Below are positions 29,657 to 40,515 of a stretch of 64,000 bases of DNA, piece by piece. Each line of letters starts with the position of its first letter. The stretch's first letter is position 1. The notes under the pieces are model-generated. The model made no database searches. It saw nothing but the letters and a program-made list of their open reading frames with translations, and was not told the DNA's origin. Source of the stretch: Bacteroidia bacterium (GTDB taxonomy: Bacteria > Bacteroidota > Bacteroidia > NS11-12g > UBA955); the NCBI GenBank assembly GCA_041690035.1, contig JBDNFC010000060.1:12503-76502 (forward strand). The letters run 5' to 3'. The position numbers and the translations under genes are program-made.

Positions 29657-30961
29657 CTATTTTTGTCTAAAAAATATATTAATAGGTACACCACTAAAAT
29701 CAAACTCCTCTCTCAAACTATTTTCTAAAAACCTACCATAGCTTTCTGGCACATATTGCGGCAGGTTACAAAAAAAAGCAAAAGATACTGAATTAGTAGG
29801 CAATTGAGTGGCAAATTTTATCCTTATATATTTTCCTTTCTTTGAAGGTGGTGGTGTTGAATTAATAATTGGCAGAATAAAATCATTTAATTTAGAAGTG
29901 CTTATTTGTTTCTTCATGTTAGTATATACATGCAGGGCCTCCTCTATTGCTTTATAAATTCTTTGCTTAGAAACTGCGCTTACAAAAACTATTGGAATAT
30001 CATCAAATGGTTTAATTGCCTGTCTTATAATTGTTTCTGCGGTTTTATGCGTTTTATTCTCTTTTTCTACTAAATCCCATTTGTTTACCAAAATCACTAT
30101 TCCTTTGTTATTCTTTTTTGCAAGAGAGAATAAGCTAAGGTCTTGTGCATGCAAGCCTAATGTAGCGTCAAGCATAACCAGGCAAACATCTGTATTTTCA
30201 ATGGCTTTTATACTTCTCATTACCGAATAAAATTCGATATCCTCATGCACCTTAGCTTTTTTCCTTATTCCTGCCGTATCAATAAGCAATAATTTTTTAT
30301 CAAAAGCTGTGTATTTGGTATGTATGGTATCTCTTGTAGTGCCTGCTATATCTGTAACAATACTTCTATCAATATTAAGCAATGCATTGATAAATGAACT
30401 TTTACCAACATTTGGCCTACCTACCACGGCTATCTTAGGCAGCCCGTCATCAGACTCTATTTCTTTTTGGCTAAAATGTTTTACAACCTCATCTAATAAA
30501 TCACCCGTTCCGCTACCCGTCATGCCGCTAATTGGGAATAATTTATCGTGCCCTAGCGCATAAAATATATGAATTTCATCGTGCCTGGCTGGATTGTCTA
30601 CTTTATTTACTACTAAAAGAACAGGCTTCTTGCTTCTCCTCAATATTTGAGCAAAAGCCTCATCCAATGGTGTTATTTCTGCAGTTACATCTACTACAAA
30701 AAGTAAAACATCAGCTTCTTCCATCGCTATTTTTACTTGAGATCTGATTGCTTTTTCAAAAATATCTTCACTATCGGGCACATATCCACCGGTATCTATA
30801 ACAGTAAAAGTATTGTCTAACCACTCTGCTTGTCCATAATGGCGGTCTCTTGTTACACCACTTTCATCATCTACTATAGCCTTACGAGCTCCTACAAATC
30901 TATTAAAAATAGTAGATTTACCAACATTTGGCCTGCCCACAATTGCCACTACACTTCCCAT
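29657..30961 (-). CDS. der: Ribosome-biogenesis GTPase Der/EngA
   Basis: It has two G domains, each with GRPNVGKS. Confidence 0.92.
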   Translation of the reverse strand: MGSVVAIVGRPNVGKSTIFNRFVGARKAIVDDESGVTRDRHYGQAEWLDNTFTVIDTGGYVPDSEDIFEKAIRSQVKIAMEEADVLLFVVDVTAEITPLDEAFAQILRRSKKPVLLVVNKVDNPARHDEIHIFYALGHDKLFPISGMTGSGTGDLLDEVVKHFSQKEIESDDGLPKIAVVGRPNVGKSSFINALLNIDRSIVTDIAGTTRDTIHTKYTAFDKKLLLIDTAGIRKKAKVHEDIEFYSVMRSIKAIENTDVCLVMLDATLGLHAQDLSLFSLAKKNNKGIVILVNKWDLVEKENKTHKTAETIIRQAIKPFDDIPIVFVSAVSKQRIYKAIEEALHVYTNMKKQISTSKLNDFILPIINSTPPPSKKGKYIRIKFATQLPTNSVSFAFFCNLPQYVPESYGRFLENSLREEFDFSGVPINIFFRQK

Positions 30962-30964
30962 AAT

Positions 30965-31846
30965 TTATTCACTTTTATAACCAAATCTTTTAAGGGTTTG
31001 ATCGTTTTTTCTCCAATCTTTTTTTACACTAATTTGCAAATCCAAAAAGATTTGTTTACCAAAAAATTCTTCACACAATTTTCTCGCTGCAATTCCTATT
31101 CTCTTTATTCCAACTCCTTTTGGCCCTATCAATATCCCTTTTTGCGATTCGCGCTCGGCAAATATGGTGGCCACAATTCTAATAATAGTGGTATCTTCTT
31201 TAAACTGTATTACCTCTACTTGTGTAGCATAAGGTATTTCTTGCTTATAGTTATAAAAAATGGCTTCTCTAACCATCTCTTCTACAAAAAAACGCTCATT
31301 TCTATCTGTAAGTTGATCTTTGGGATAAAAAGGTGGATGCTCAGGAATATATGGGAGCAAGTCACTTATCAAAAAAGATTTATTAATTCCATTTTTAGCA
31401 GAAATTGCAAACACTTGCTTAAAAAGGTTCATTTTTAAATACTTATCTATCAATATCTCTATTTCTGCCGCTTTTATTAAATCGCATTTATTAATCAATA
31501 ATATTTTTGCTTGTTTTGATTTGCCCAATTTTTCAATAATCTCGTCTGGCAACTCTGCATCATCCGCAGCTATCATAGTAAGAATTAAATCACTGTCATT
31601 AAAAATATCACCAATCACACTCATCATGTGCTCCTGCAATTTATAATTTGGTTTTATAACACCAGGAGTATCAGAAATTATGAGTTGATAATTTTCTTCG
31701 TTTATTATGCCTAATATGCGGTGGCGTGTCGTTTGTGCCTTTGGAGAAATTATGCTCAGCCGCTCTCCTATTAGCAAATTGCTAAAGGTAGATTTGCCTA
31801 CATTTGGCTTGCCTACAATGCCTATAAATCCTGCTTTGTGTGTCAT
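30965..31846 (-). CDS. era: GTPase Era
   Basis: It has the P-loop GKPNVGKST and a C-terminal KH domain. Confidence 0.9.
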   Translation of the reverse strand: MTHKAGFIGIVGKPNVGKSTFSNLLIGERLSIISPKAQTTRHRILGIINEENYQLIISDTPGVIKPNYKLQEHMMSVIGDIFNDSDLILTMIAADDAELPDEIIEKLGKSKQAKILLINKCDLIKAAEIEILIDKYLKMNLFKQVFAISAKNGINKSFLISDLLPYIPEHPPFYPKDQLTDRNERFFVEEMVREAIFYNYKQEIPYATQVEVIQFKEDTTIIRIVATIFAERESQKGILIGPKGVGIKRIGIAARKLCEEFFGKQIFLDLQISVKKDWRKNDQTLKRFGYKSE

Positions 31847-31882
31847 AGTTTCGCTATATATATTAAATACAGCTTTTATTTA

Positions 31883-32767
31883 TTAACTAGAAGCTTTTGC
31901 TCCTAGCACCTCTGCCATTTTTTCGCCTATTTCTGCTGGTGATGCAACCACATAGATTCCACATTCTGACATTATTTTCATTTTTGCTGCTGCAGTATCT
32001 TCTGTGCCTCCAACAATAGCACCAGCATGACCCATTCTTCTGCCTGCAGGCGCTGTTTGACCAGCAATAAAACCAACCACCGGTTTGCGCATGTTGTCTT
32101 TAAGCCACTTTGCTGCCTCCGCTTCCATACCCCCGCCTATTTCTCCAATCATTATAATACCGTCTGTTTCGTCATCATCCATCAGCATTGCAACAGCATC
32201 TTTTGTTGATGTTCCAATTATAGGATCGCCACCTATACCAATGGCAGTGCTAATTCCTAAACCTGCTTTTACCACCTGATCTGCTGCTTCATAAGTTAGT
32301 GTGCCCGATTTAGATACTATACCAATTCTGCCTTTGGTAAAAATAAAACCCGGCATAATACCTACCTTTGCTTCTCCTGCTGTAATTACTCCTGGACAAT
32401 TTGGCCCTATTAAGGTGCAATCTTTTTGGCTGATATAATTATTTACATTTATCATATCTGATGTAGGTATTCCTTCTGTGATGCATACAATTACTTTGAT
32501 ACCAGCATCTGCTGCTTCCATAATGGCATCTGCTGCAAATGCAGGAGGCACAAAAATTATTGAAACATCAGCACCCGTTTTTTCAATACCTTCTGTTACA
32601 GTATTAAAAACTGGTCTTTCTAAATGAAGCTGCCCACCTTTTCCTGGTGTAACACCACCAACCACATTTGTTCCATAATCTATCATTTGTGTAGCATGAA
32701 AAGTGCCCTCTGTGCCTGTAAATCCCTGCACTAATATTTTTGAATGACTGTTTACCAATACGCTCAT
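31883..32767 (-). CDS. sucD: Succinyl-CoA synthetase alpha subunit
   Basis: It has GFTGTEGTFH and RMGHAGAIV, the phospho-His loop. No sucC is adjacent. Confidence 0.9.
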   Translation of the reverse strand: MSVLVNSHSKILVQGFTGTEGTFHATQMIDYGTNVVGGVTPGKGGQLHLERPVFNTVTEGIEKTGADVSIIFVPPAFAADAIMEAADAGIKVIVCITEGIPTSDMINVNNYISQKDCTLIGPNCPGVITAGEAKVGIMPGFIFTKGRIGIVSKSGTLTYEAADQVVKAGLGISTAIGIGGDPIIGTSTKDAVAMLMDDDETDGIIMIGEIGGGMEAEAAKWLKDNMRKPVVGFIAGQTAPAGRRMGHAGAIVGGTEDTAAAKMKIMSECGIYVVASPAEIGEKMAEVLGAKASS

Positions 32768-32835
32768 TTTTTTATTTTTTAATTATATAGGGTGCAAATT
32801 TACAAATACTTCCCTAATATTGCCCCATTATTTTA

Positions 32836-33294
32836 ATGGATATAGATAAATATTATTTATTAATAGAAGAATCTTTGAAACACTTAGGCCTAAATCCTGA
32901 TGAGGCAAGGTGTGCAGAAGCTGGGCAGTGGTTAGTTTTTAGATCTGATACAGAAATATACATAGATGTATGGAAAGAACAAAACTTAAATGAATGGATG
33001 TATTATCCTGATGCTGCCAATACATTTAATTTTCAGATAGCTGCTCCAATAAGCAAGTTACCATCAGCAGACAGGCGGCCTTATTTTTATGAAGACCTAT
33101 TGCAAATGAACCAAATGACCCAATATGCATCTTTCGTTATTAATAAAGAAGAAGAAATGGTGCTAGCAGTTTTTAGAAGAGTAACAGAAAATTTAGATAA
33201 AACTGATATTATAGAAAGCATAGAAGCAGTAGGTTATTATGCAGAATTGGCTTGGAAAATGTTGAATCAATCTTATGATTTAAGAAAACCGTAA
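32836..33294 (+). CDS. Hypothetical cytoplasmic protein, possibly YbjN-like
   Basis: The 152-aa ORF has no strong motif. The YbjN suggestion is a weak resemblance only. Confidence 0.35.
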   Translation: MDIDKYYLLIEESLKHLGLNPDEARCAEAGQWLVFRSDTEIYIDVWKEQNLNEWMYYPDAANTFNFQIAAPISKLPSADRRPYFYEDLLQMNQMTQYASFVINKEEEMVLAVFRRVTENLDKTDIIESIEAVGYYAELAWKMLNQSYDLRKP

Positions 33295-33385
33295 AAAAAT
33301 ATATTTTTCAGGCAACCTTCTATTAAAAGCAATCGACTATAAGATAGATTAAAACCTTAAATAGGGTTAAAAATGAAAAAATTAA

Positions 33386-33925
33386 ATGCAAAACACTTTG
33401 AGCGAGCAAGAATTAATAGCGGCATGCAAAGAAGGCAAAAAATTTGCTCAAGAACAATTTTTCAAAATAAATGCCAATAAGATGTTTGCAGTTTGTCTTA
33501 GATATACCAACACCAGAGAGGATGCAGAAGATGTATTACAAGAGGGATTTATAAAAGTTTTTAAAAACCTAAATAAGTTTGAAGCAAAAGGTTCTTTAGA
33601 GGGTTGGGTACGCAGAATTTTTGTAAACACAGCTATAGAGCATTATAGAAAAAATGCAAAATGGCAATATGCAGAGGATGCTCAAAATGTGGTTTTAGAT
33701 AGTGGAGATATCTCTATTTTACATAAACTAAAAGCAGATGATTTATTGCAATTAGTGAGTAAACTGCCATTAGGTTACAGAACAGTGTTTAATATGTTTG
33801 CGATAGAGGGATTTGCACATCAAGAAATTGCCAAAACATTAAATATTTCAGAAAGCACCTCAAAAACACAACTTTTTAAAGCCAGAGCGGCCTTACAACA
33901 AATGATAAAAAAAATTGGAGAATAA
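33386..33925 (+). CDS. ECF-subfamily RNA polymerase sigma-70 factor
   Basis: It has the region 2 motif EDAEDVLQEGFIKVF and a region 4 HTH, and is 179 aa. Confidence 0.88.
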   Translation: MQNTLSEQELIAACKEGKKFAQEQFFKINANKMFAVCLRYTNTREDAEDVLQEGFIKVFKNLNKFEAKGSLEGWVRRIFVNTAIEHYRKNAKWQYAEDAQNVVLDSGDISILHKLKADDLLQLVSKLPLGYRTVFNMFAIEGFAHQEIAKTLNISESTSKTQLFKARAALQQMIKKIGE

Positions 33926-35150
33926 AGATAATATATCGCAATTTGATACCCTTTTCAAAGATGCATTGCACAATCACAGTGTAGATGCACCTTCAGGATT
34001 ATTTCAAAAAATTGACACTAGTATATCGAAAGGGGTGGCTAAATCTATTCTTATCAAAAAAACCATTATTACTTTGATATCTGCAACAATTGCGGCAGGC
34101 GGCCTTGTATTATACAATCAAATTTCCGAAAAAAACAATGATTTAGAAAAAACTAATTCCTCAAAAAATATTATAACCAATGAGGGTTTGAACCCAATAG
34201 CAAATAATATTGAACAAAAAAATATACAAACTCTAGATAATATCAAGCAAAATAATCTGGAAGAATACCATAGCAAAGAAGCAAAAAAAATTAAGCATTT
34301 TGGATTACCAAATATCAATATGCCTGACAATGAAAGCCCTTTTGAGGAAAACGATTATAAATCTGGTAAAAATTTAAACCCCACTTATCCTTCAAAAGAT
34401 GCTGAGGGAAGCAAGCAATACGAAATTATAATTATTGGAAAAGCTTGCGTTCATCAATATATCACGTTAAACTTAGCCAATTTTAACCAAGAAATTGTTT
34501 ATTGGAGTATTAATGATGAGCTGATACAATCTGACAATCAATTGCGCTATTTAATAGAAAAAGAAGGAATCTATGACATTAAAGCCCGCTACCAAAACAA
34601 GATTATTGCGCGTGAAAAAATAGTTGTTAATGGTGTTGCCGCAAAAGTACAAAAAACATCATTTACAGAAGAAACCACAGTGCTAAAAGCAACAATTAGC
34701 GGCTATAAAAACATGTTTTGGACAGCAGATGGGAACATTATTGGCACAGACATGAAGTTAATTATAGATAACAAACTTTATAGAGAAATGCCCTATTTGG
34801 TAACCACAGATATAAATGGTTGTATAGACAGTTTTTATGCGGAAGATCAAACAGAAGCCCCAAGGGTTCATTTTAGCAATCAAAATATTATAACACCCAA
34901 TGAAGATGGCAAAAATGATTACTATGATTTTGAAATTGCAAACGTATTTTATTATAATTTAAGCATATTTGATATCAAAAACAACCTTGTTTATACCACC
35001 AATGACCCAAAAAATAATTGGGAAGGGAAAAATATGATAACTCAAAATATAGCCATTGATGGCCTGTATTTCCTGAGATTTAGCTACCAATTAACCAAAA
35101 ATGGTGATATTCAAAATAAAATAATTAAACTAACATTAAAAAAAGAATGA
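33915..35150 (+). CDS. Anti-sigma-factor-like single-pass membrane protein with a T9SS type B C-terminal domain
   Basis: It overlaps the sigma gene by 11 nt. It has a 48-aa N-terminal cytoplasmic segment followed by a TM helix, TIITLISATIAAGGLVLY. The C-terminus, ITPNEDGKNDYYDF...YNLSIFDIKNNLVY...WEGK, matches the gliding-motility-associated type B sorting domain. Confidence 0.6.
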   Translation: MENKDNISQFDTLFKDALHNHSVDAPSGLFQKIDTSISKGVAKSILIKKTIITLISATIAAGGLVLYNQISEKNNDLEKTNSSKNIITNEGLNPIANNIEQKNIQTLDNIKQNNLEEYHSKEAKKIKHFGLPNINMPDNESPFEENDYKSGKNLNPTYPSKDAEGSKQYEIIIIGKACVHQYITLNLANFNQEIVYWSINDELIQSDNQLRYLIEKEGIYDIKARYQNKIIAREKIVVNGVAAKVQKTSFTEETTVLKATISGYKNMFWTADGNIIGTDMKLIIDNKLYREMPYLVTTDINGCIDSFYAEDQTEAPRVHFSNQNIITPNEDGKNDYYDFEIANVFYYNLSIFDIKNNLVYTTNDPKNNWEGKNMITQNIAIDGLYFLRFSYQLTKNGDIQNKIIKLTLKKE

Positions 35151-38100
35151 AAAATATAATAAAAACCCCCTATGTTTGTAAACTGTTGATTAATCAAGAA
35201 AAAACCCTTAATATGATGAAAAAATACATTTATAAATTATTGATACTTACATTTTTTGTAATGTCGAGTGTCAAATTATCTGCGCAAGTAGTAATTACCT
35301 ACAGTGGTGATCCTTGTGAAGGAACTACCATTACATTTTTTGCAAACAACCCTGGTGGAACTTATGCATGGAGTTTTGGCGATGCTGGCAGCAGCGCATC
35401 TACACAAGAAAATCCAACTTTTAGTTATCCTACAGCAGGTACATTTACTGTAACCCTTACCGTAACAAAAAATGGTGTGCCACAAACCGCTTCTGTATCC
35501 ATTACAGTTAATCCTAAACCCGTGGTTGTGCTTGCGCTAGAAAAACAAGTAGTTCAATGTTTTATAGGTAATAAATTCTGTTTTAGAGATAGCAGCTATA
35601 GTAAGGCAGGCGGTATATGTAAAATCAAATATGTATGGAGTGATGGAACAGGAGACGAAATTAATAACCCTACTTTTCCTAGAACAATTTGCAAAACTTT
35701 TACCATCAACGCTCAACAAACAACTAAATATAGCCTAACTGTAGAAATTACAGATTGTAATGGCTGTATTGAGAAGAAAACTTTCACTGATGTTGCCGAA
35801 GTTTTAGCAAATATTGGATTAGATTTTTGGGGAAACAGACCTAGAGGTTGTGACTCTGTTTTAGCTAAGTTTGTCAACAAATCTTTTGTCCAACAATCTG
35901 ATGTTAAAAGATTTATTTGGTTTTTTGGTGATGGCACTGTGGACTCTACAAGTTGGGCGGCAGGAACCGATACCTTAAAACATTGGTACAAAATTCAAGG
36001 ACCAAATAATGGAAACTTTACAACAAAATTGTATGTAGAAACCTTTACAGGTTGTAAAGACACTTTTATTTATAATGCTTCTGCTACCAACTTCATCATC
36101 AAACCACGTATTTTTGCTTCAAAAGATTCTACTTGTATAAGTGATCCAGAAATAGAGTTTGAACTAAGAGACGGACCTCCAAGAGCTACTTTAAGCGGAT
36201 TTTTATGGAATTTTGGTGATAACCTAATGGATAGGATATGCTCTGGTTGTAACTACAATAACACAGATTATCCAACAGCTAGTAGGGCATTTGGAGGATT
36301 AGGACCTTTTCAAGTATCGCTTACATTTATACACAATGTCTGCGGCACTAGAACTATTTATGATACGATTCAAATAATTGGGCCACAAACTATATCGGAA
36401 AACCCACCAGCTGGAATCTTAATACCAAGAGATGAAAGATATCAATGTTTGATACAAGACTCTATACATTTTCCTAATATATCTGTTTTTTATCATAATG
36501 ACAGAAACTTTTGGAATGATGATAGCACCTATGATATAAATTTGGGTGTAGAAATTGGACATAAATTTTTACCAAATCAAAAATCAAAAGCATTGCTGCA
36601 AAACAGACTTAAAGAAAATGTATATCGGTTATGGAACTTTGATGACACTTATGCACCTCAGTGTACAACAGATACAAGAGGGGGTAAAAATGTAGGCAAA
36701 AACTGTGCATGGTCTATGGATTCTATTCCAGTGCATTGGTATGTAAATTGGGATACAATTATGGCTTATGACAGAATAAGACCAATGAATATAGGCGTAT
36801 TTAATAATTCTACAAAAGCATGTTCTAGAAGACAAGTATGGTATAGTGATTCTGTGGCAATAATAAGGTATGTGAGTCCTTTTGTTGGAACAGACTCTTT
36901 GGCACAAGGATTTTATCCAGCAGGTGGGATATATGCTATTCGCAATGCAATGGTTCCAAGAGCAGATTCGCTTACTTTAGATACCATACCGTGGCCATTT
37001 TACAAACCAGGATATCACACCTTAGTGAAAAAAGAAAAATATGATCAAGTGCAGCCAGGTGATTCTATAAGTAAGGAACTTTATAGAAGGTTATTTTTTA
37101 ATACTGTAGTAAGATGCTATCAAGTGGATTTATTTCATAAAGATACTATTCACCCTCTTGAATGTGAGCATAGATTACCAAGTCCATTGTCATTGGCGCT
37201 TAATCCACCAAATGCAAAAGGATTAAGATGGAGCGGTGTTCGTTGTTTAGCTCCTCCATCACCGCCCTATGGTATAGTATTTAATGTTAGCCAAACAAAG
37301 CCAGGTTGCACACAAGATGAATTAAAGTTTAATTTTGACTCTGCATCAGGAAAAAACAATTGGGTAGCAATGATAGGTGGCTTATTCCCTGGTTCTTCAC
37401 CTCCTCCACCTCCTATTCCGGTATTGCCTTATGTGCCTCAGGGACAATTTCCTACCTCGTTTGTATATTTATACACTGCAAATAATTATGCCGATAAAAA
37501 GAATGGCTGGGTAACTGTTGGCTTAATTGTTGGCAATGGTATAACTACAACAAAACCATGCTACGATACTATTTTTTATCATAGAATGCTGCGTTTTAAA
37601 TTTGCCGACCCTAAATTTACAATAGAAAGACCATTGGCAAGAGCACAAGATGATAAGGCAATATGCAGATACGATACTGTATACTTTAGAATGAATGATA
37701 TTTTGCAGCCTGATGTAGAGTTGTTTTCTTGGACTTTTGATGATGGCGACAGAATAACTGAGGTAAAAAAATCTTATGATACTGCACAAAAAATGAAACA
37801 ATACTTTTCGCAAAGAATCGCAAATATCGAAAAATACTTAAGCGATACGGCAGATTTAGACGGCAGATTATCACCATGGGCGGCTTATCAAGATTCTGTG
37901 AAAAAAGGCTGGACAGTAGCAAGAACATTCACTAAACTTGATTCGTTTAATTTTCACAAAAAATTGGCCTATCCTAGAGATTCAATCAAAAAATGGCTAG
38001 ATAGTCCAAATGTACTAATTGGGTGGCTTGTAATAGAGAGACAAATTAACAATCAAAAAGTGTTTCAGAAGCAAAAAGGTTTGCCTGTTGCATTTACAGA

Positions 38101-40381
38101 GAGATTCTTTGACACCTTTTTAACAAGTTTAGTAACTAATTATAAAACCAATACTATTTTGGCACCAGAGATAACGCCACTTATTATTAATATATTTACT
38201 CAATTAGGTTTTGATTATTTTGATATACCAAATGATAAGATAGCAGATTTCTTTGGCCCTCCCGGAAGTGGAAGATGTATAGATACCACAGGATACTCTA
38301 GCTTTATTACTTTTGAATATGAAGAAGTAGATTCATCTGGCATAAAAATATTAAGCAGTAGAGATACCAATATTATTAGAAATTGGAGACACAGGTATGA
38401 TGTAGCAGGTATAGTGGCACCGTTAACAGTAACAAGAACAAGATTAGATGGTTGTGTACAATTTTCTTCTAAACAACTTAAAGTAGGTTTTGGAAAAGAG
38501 ATTGTTTTAAGTGATTCTGTATTATGTCAGGGTAGCGAAATATGGGGATTAGCCAATTATTGGTACTGGTCTACTCTAGACCCAAGAGAAATAACTGATG
38601 CCACAGATTACTGGAGAGATAATACTAGAATTGTAATTCCAAAAGAGAGGATAACACGCTGGGATTGGCACTTAGGAGATGGATTTGGTTTTAATACTAG
38701 CAGCGATTATGCAGGTACAGGATTAGGATTTAACCCGCCAGGTTTCAACAGAAATAGATTTTCTGGACCATTACCACCCGAATTGAGAATTAATAAAAAC
38801 TTAACAAGTGGTATAAAGCTTGGCGATGCATCTACCATTTATTATAAATCACCTGGTGTTTTTGAATTAGGAATACTTGCAGTAGACTCTAATGGCTGCA
38901 GAGATACCACTAAGCAAAATATTTATGTAACGAAAGTAACTGCAAAATTTGCTTTTGATCAAAAACGTCCACAGTGTAAAACGATTGTGGAATTGTTAGA
39001 CAGCTCTTTTGTAACTGATGGATGCAAAATTGCAGGATTTGCAAATTGTGACTCAATCATGGAATGGACAATAGATTGGGGTGATGGAACGCAAATTGGT
39101 GGAAAAAACAATCAAAATAGGTTTGACAGATTCTTCCATGATTATACTAGAAATGGAATATTTGAAATAAAATTGACTGTAAAAACACTACTAGGATGTG
39201 TGGATTCATTCAAATTAATTTTTGAAATACCTGGACCTAAACCGTTCTTTGAACCTTCCACATTGCGCATTTGTGTAAAAGATAGTGTTAGATTTGCAAA
39301 TAAATCTTTTAGGCCAAGTAGTTCTGCTTTATGGATATTTAATTTCGGAAATGGAGAAGTAGAAAGCTCTAAAGATTCTGCTAAAGTATTTGTTAAAGCC
39401 TATAATAAACCTGGATTTTATGAAGTTTATTTAACACAATTTGACTCAATACAGGGAACTACTAAATTTTGCCCAGCAACTTATCCTGACACTACTGGTG
39501 GACAACAGCAAAAAATAATTATTGAAGTAGTAGCCGAAGATAGCACTAACTTGATAGCTGATGATACAATTGTGTGTAAAGGTCAAGTAATTAATTTTGC
39601 AAATACAACTAGAAACAAAGGCGATACTACTTGGGTATCCTATAAATGGATATTTGATATTGACAACACAGGCGGTGATTCTGTAACAAGTCCAGATAGT
39701 TTCATCAACTATGCATATAGAAATTCTGGAGTATATAGAGTAACGATGGTTCCAGAATATATAGGCACTATTGCATTACCACATTGCCCATACAGAGATA
39801 CAATTACCATTTATGTAGATACGCTCAAGGCAAACTTTACTGTAGACACTACTAAAAGCCCTGACATGCAATTTAATAACACTTCATTTAATAGCACAAG
39901 CTATAGATGGTGGTTCTTATACAAGGACTCTACTATAGCGAGAGAACTATCTGATGGACAACCTGCGATGAGCACAGACAAGGATCCTAAATTTACATAC
40001 GATAGTTTGGGATGCTATTATGCTGTGCTTGAAGCAACAAGTCCAGATGGATGTAAAGACACAACTATTCAATTAGTATGTAATACATTTAGGTTTATTA
40101 TTAAAACTTATAATGTGTTTACCCCGGGTGTTGATGGAACTAATGATGTATTTGATATTCCGATTGAGGGACATGACCAATACGAAATTGTAATTTACAA
40201 TAGGCACGGAACTAAAGTATTTGAAAGCAATGATGAGAAAGTAGATTGGAATGGTAAAATGTTTAACACAGGACCAGCTGCTACTAGTGGAGCTTACTAT
40301 TATGCATTGAAATACAGAGAAAAACGTGGAAATCAAGAAGAAAAAAGATTGTTTGGCGTAATTACTTTACTGCGTCCATAA
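35147..40381 (+). CDS. A 1744-aa secreted PKD-repeat protein with a T9SS type B C-terminal sorting domain
   Basis: It has a signal peptide; the likely true start is MMKKYIYKLLILTFFVMSSVKLSAQ at about 35213. It has PKD motifs (WSFGDAGS...TVTLTVT, WHLGDG, WGDGTQ) and a poly-Pro linker, SSPPPPPIPVLP. The C-terminus, YNVFTPGVDGTNDVFDI...IVIYNRHGTKVFES...WNGK, is the type B domain. Confidence 0.8.
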   Translation: MKNIIKTPYVCKLLINQEKTLNMMKKYIYKLLILTFFVMSSVKLSAQVVITYSGDPCEGTTITFFANNPGGTYAWSFGDAGSSASTQENPTFSYPTAGTFTVTLTVTKNGVPQTASVSITVNPKPVVVLALEKQVVQCFIGNKFCFRDSSYSKAGGICKIKYVWSDGTGDEINNPTFPRTICKTFTINAQQTTKYSLTVEITDCNGCIEKKTFTDVAEVLANIGLDFWGNRPRGCDSVLAKFVNKSFVQQSDVKRFIWFFGDGTVDSTSWAAGTDTLKHWYKIQGPNNGNFTTKLYVETFTGCKDTFIYNASATNFIIKPRIFASKDSTCISDPEIEFELRDGPPRATLSGFLWNFGDNLMDRICSGCNYNNTDYPTASRAFGGLGPFQVSLTFIHNVCGTRTIYDTIQIIGPQTISENPPAGILIPRDERYQCLIQDSIHFPNISVFYHNDRNFWNDDSTYDINLGVEIGHKFLPNQKSKALLQNRLKENVYRLWNFDDTYAPQCTTDTRGGKNVGKNCAWSMDSIPVHWYVNWDTIMAYDRIRPMNIGVFNNSTKACSRRQVWYSDSVAIIRYVSPFVGTDSLAQGFYPAGGIYAIRNAMVPRADSLTLDTIPWPFYKPGYHTLVKKEKYDQVQPGDSISKELYRRLFFNTVVRCYQVDLFHKDTIHPLECEHRLPSPLSLALNPPNAKGLRWSGVRCLAPPSPPYGIVFNVSQTKPGCTQDELKFNFDSASGKNNWVAMIGGLFPGSSPPPPPIPVLPYVPQGQFPTSFVYLYTANNYADKKNGWVTVGLIVGNGITTTKPCYDTIFYHRMLRFKFADPKFTIERPLARAQDDKAICRYDTVYFRMNDILQPDVELFSWTFDDGDRITEVKKSYDTAQKMKQYFSQRIANIEKYLSDTADLDGRLSPWAAYQDSVKKGWTVARTFTKLDSFNFHKKLAYPRDSIKKWLDSPNVLIGWLVIERQINNQKVFQKQKGLPVAFTERFFDTFLTSLVTNYKTNTILAPEITPLIINIFTQLGFDYFDIPNDKIADFFGPPGSGRCIDTTGYSSFITFEYEEVDSSGIKILSSRDTNIIRNWRHRYDVAGIVAPLTVTRTRLDGCVQFSSKQLKVGFGKEIVLSDSVLCQGSEIWGLANYWYWSTLDPREITDATDYWRDNTRIVIPKERITRWDWHLGDGFGFNTSSDYAGTGLGFNPPGFNRNRFSGPLPPELRINKNLTSGIKLGDASTIYYKSPGVFELGILAVDSNGCRDTTKQNIYVTKVTAKFAFDQKRPQCKTIVELLDSSFVTDGCKIAGFANCDSIMEWTIDWGDGTQIGGKNNQNRFDRFFHDYTRNGIFEIKLTVKTLLGCVDSFKLIFEIPGPKPFFEPSTLRICVKDSVRFANKSFRPSSSALWIFNFGNGEVESSKDSAKVFVKAYNKPGFYEVYLTQFDSIQGTTKFCPATYPDTTGGQQQKIIIEVVAEDSTNLIADDTIVCKGQVINFANTTRNKGDTTWVSYKWIFDIDNTGGDSVTSPDSFINYAYRNSGVYRVTMVPEYIGTIALPHCPYRDTITIYVDTLKANFTVDTTKSPDMQFNNTSFNSTSYRWWFLYKDSTIARELSDGQPAMSTDKDPKFTYDSLGCYYAVLEATSPDGCKDTTIQLVCNTFRFIIKTYNVFTPGVDGTNDVFDIPIEGHDQYEIVIYNRHGTKVFESNDEKVDWNGKMFNTGPAATSGAYYYALKYREKRGNQEEKRLFGVITLLRP

Positions 40382-40401
40382 CATCAATAAAAATTTAATA
40401 A

Positions 40402-40436
40402 AAAAGCCAAGCAATATTGCTTGGCTTTTTTATTTT
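40402..40436 (+). terminator. Rho-independent terminator after the giant T9SS cargo gene
   Basis: A perfect hairpin, AAGCCAAGCAA-TAT-TTGCTTGGCTT, is followed by TTTTTTATTTTT. Confidence 0.7.
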
Positions 40437-40515
40437 TATACCTGCGTTTATTAAATAATTATAAGACTTTTGTATAAACCAAGTACACTTAGCCAACAAA
40501 ACGTCTTATCTTTGC

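Noticed and set aside
30830-31438. Plus-strand 202-aa ORF overlapping era and der
   Set aside because: It is antisense to two conserved GTPase genes, and its low-complexity Tyr/Phe/Ser translation is a product of AT-rich sequence.
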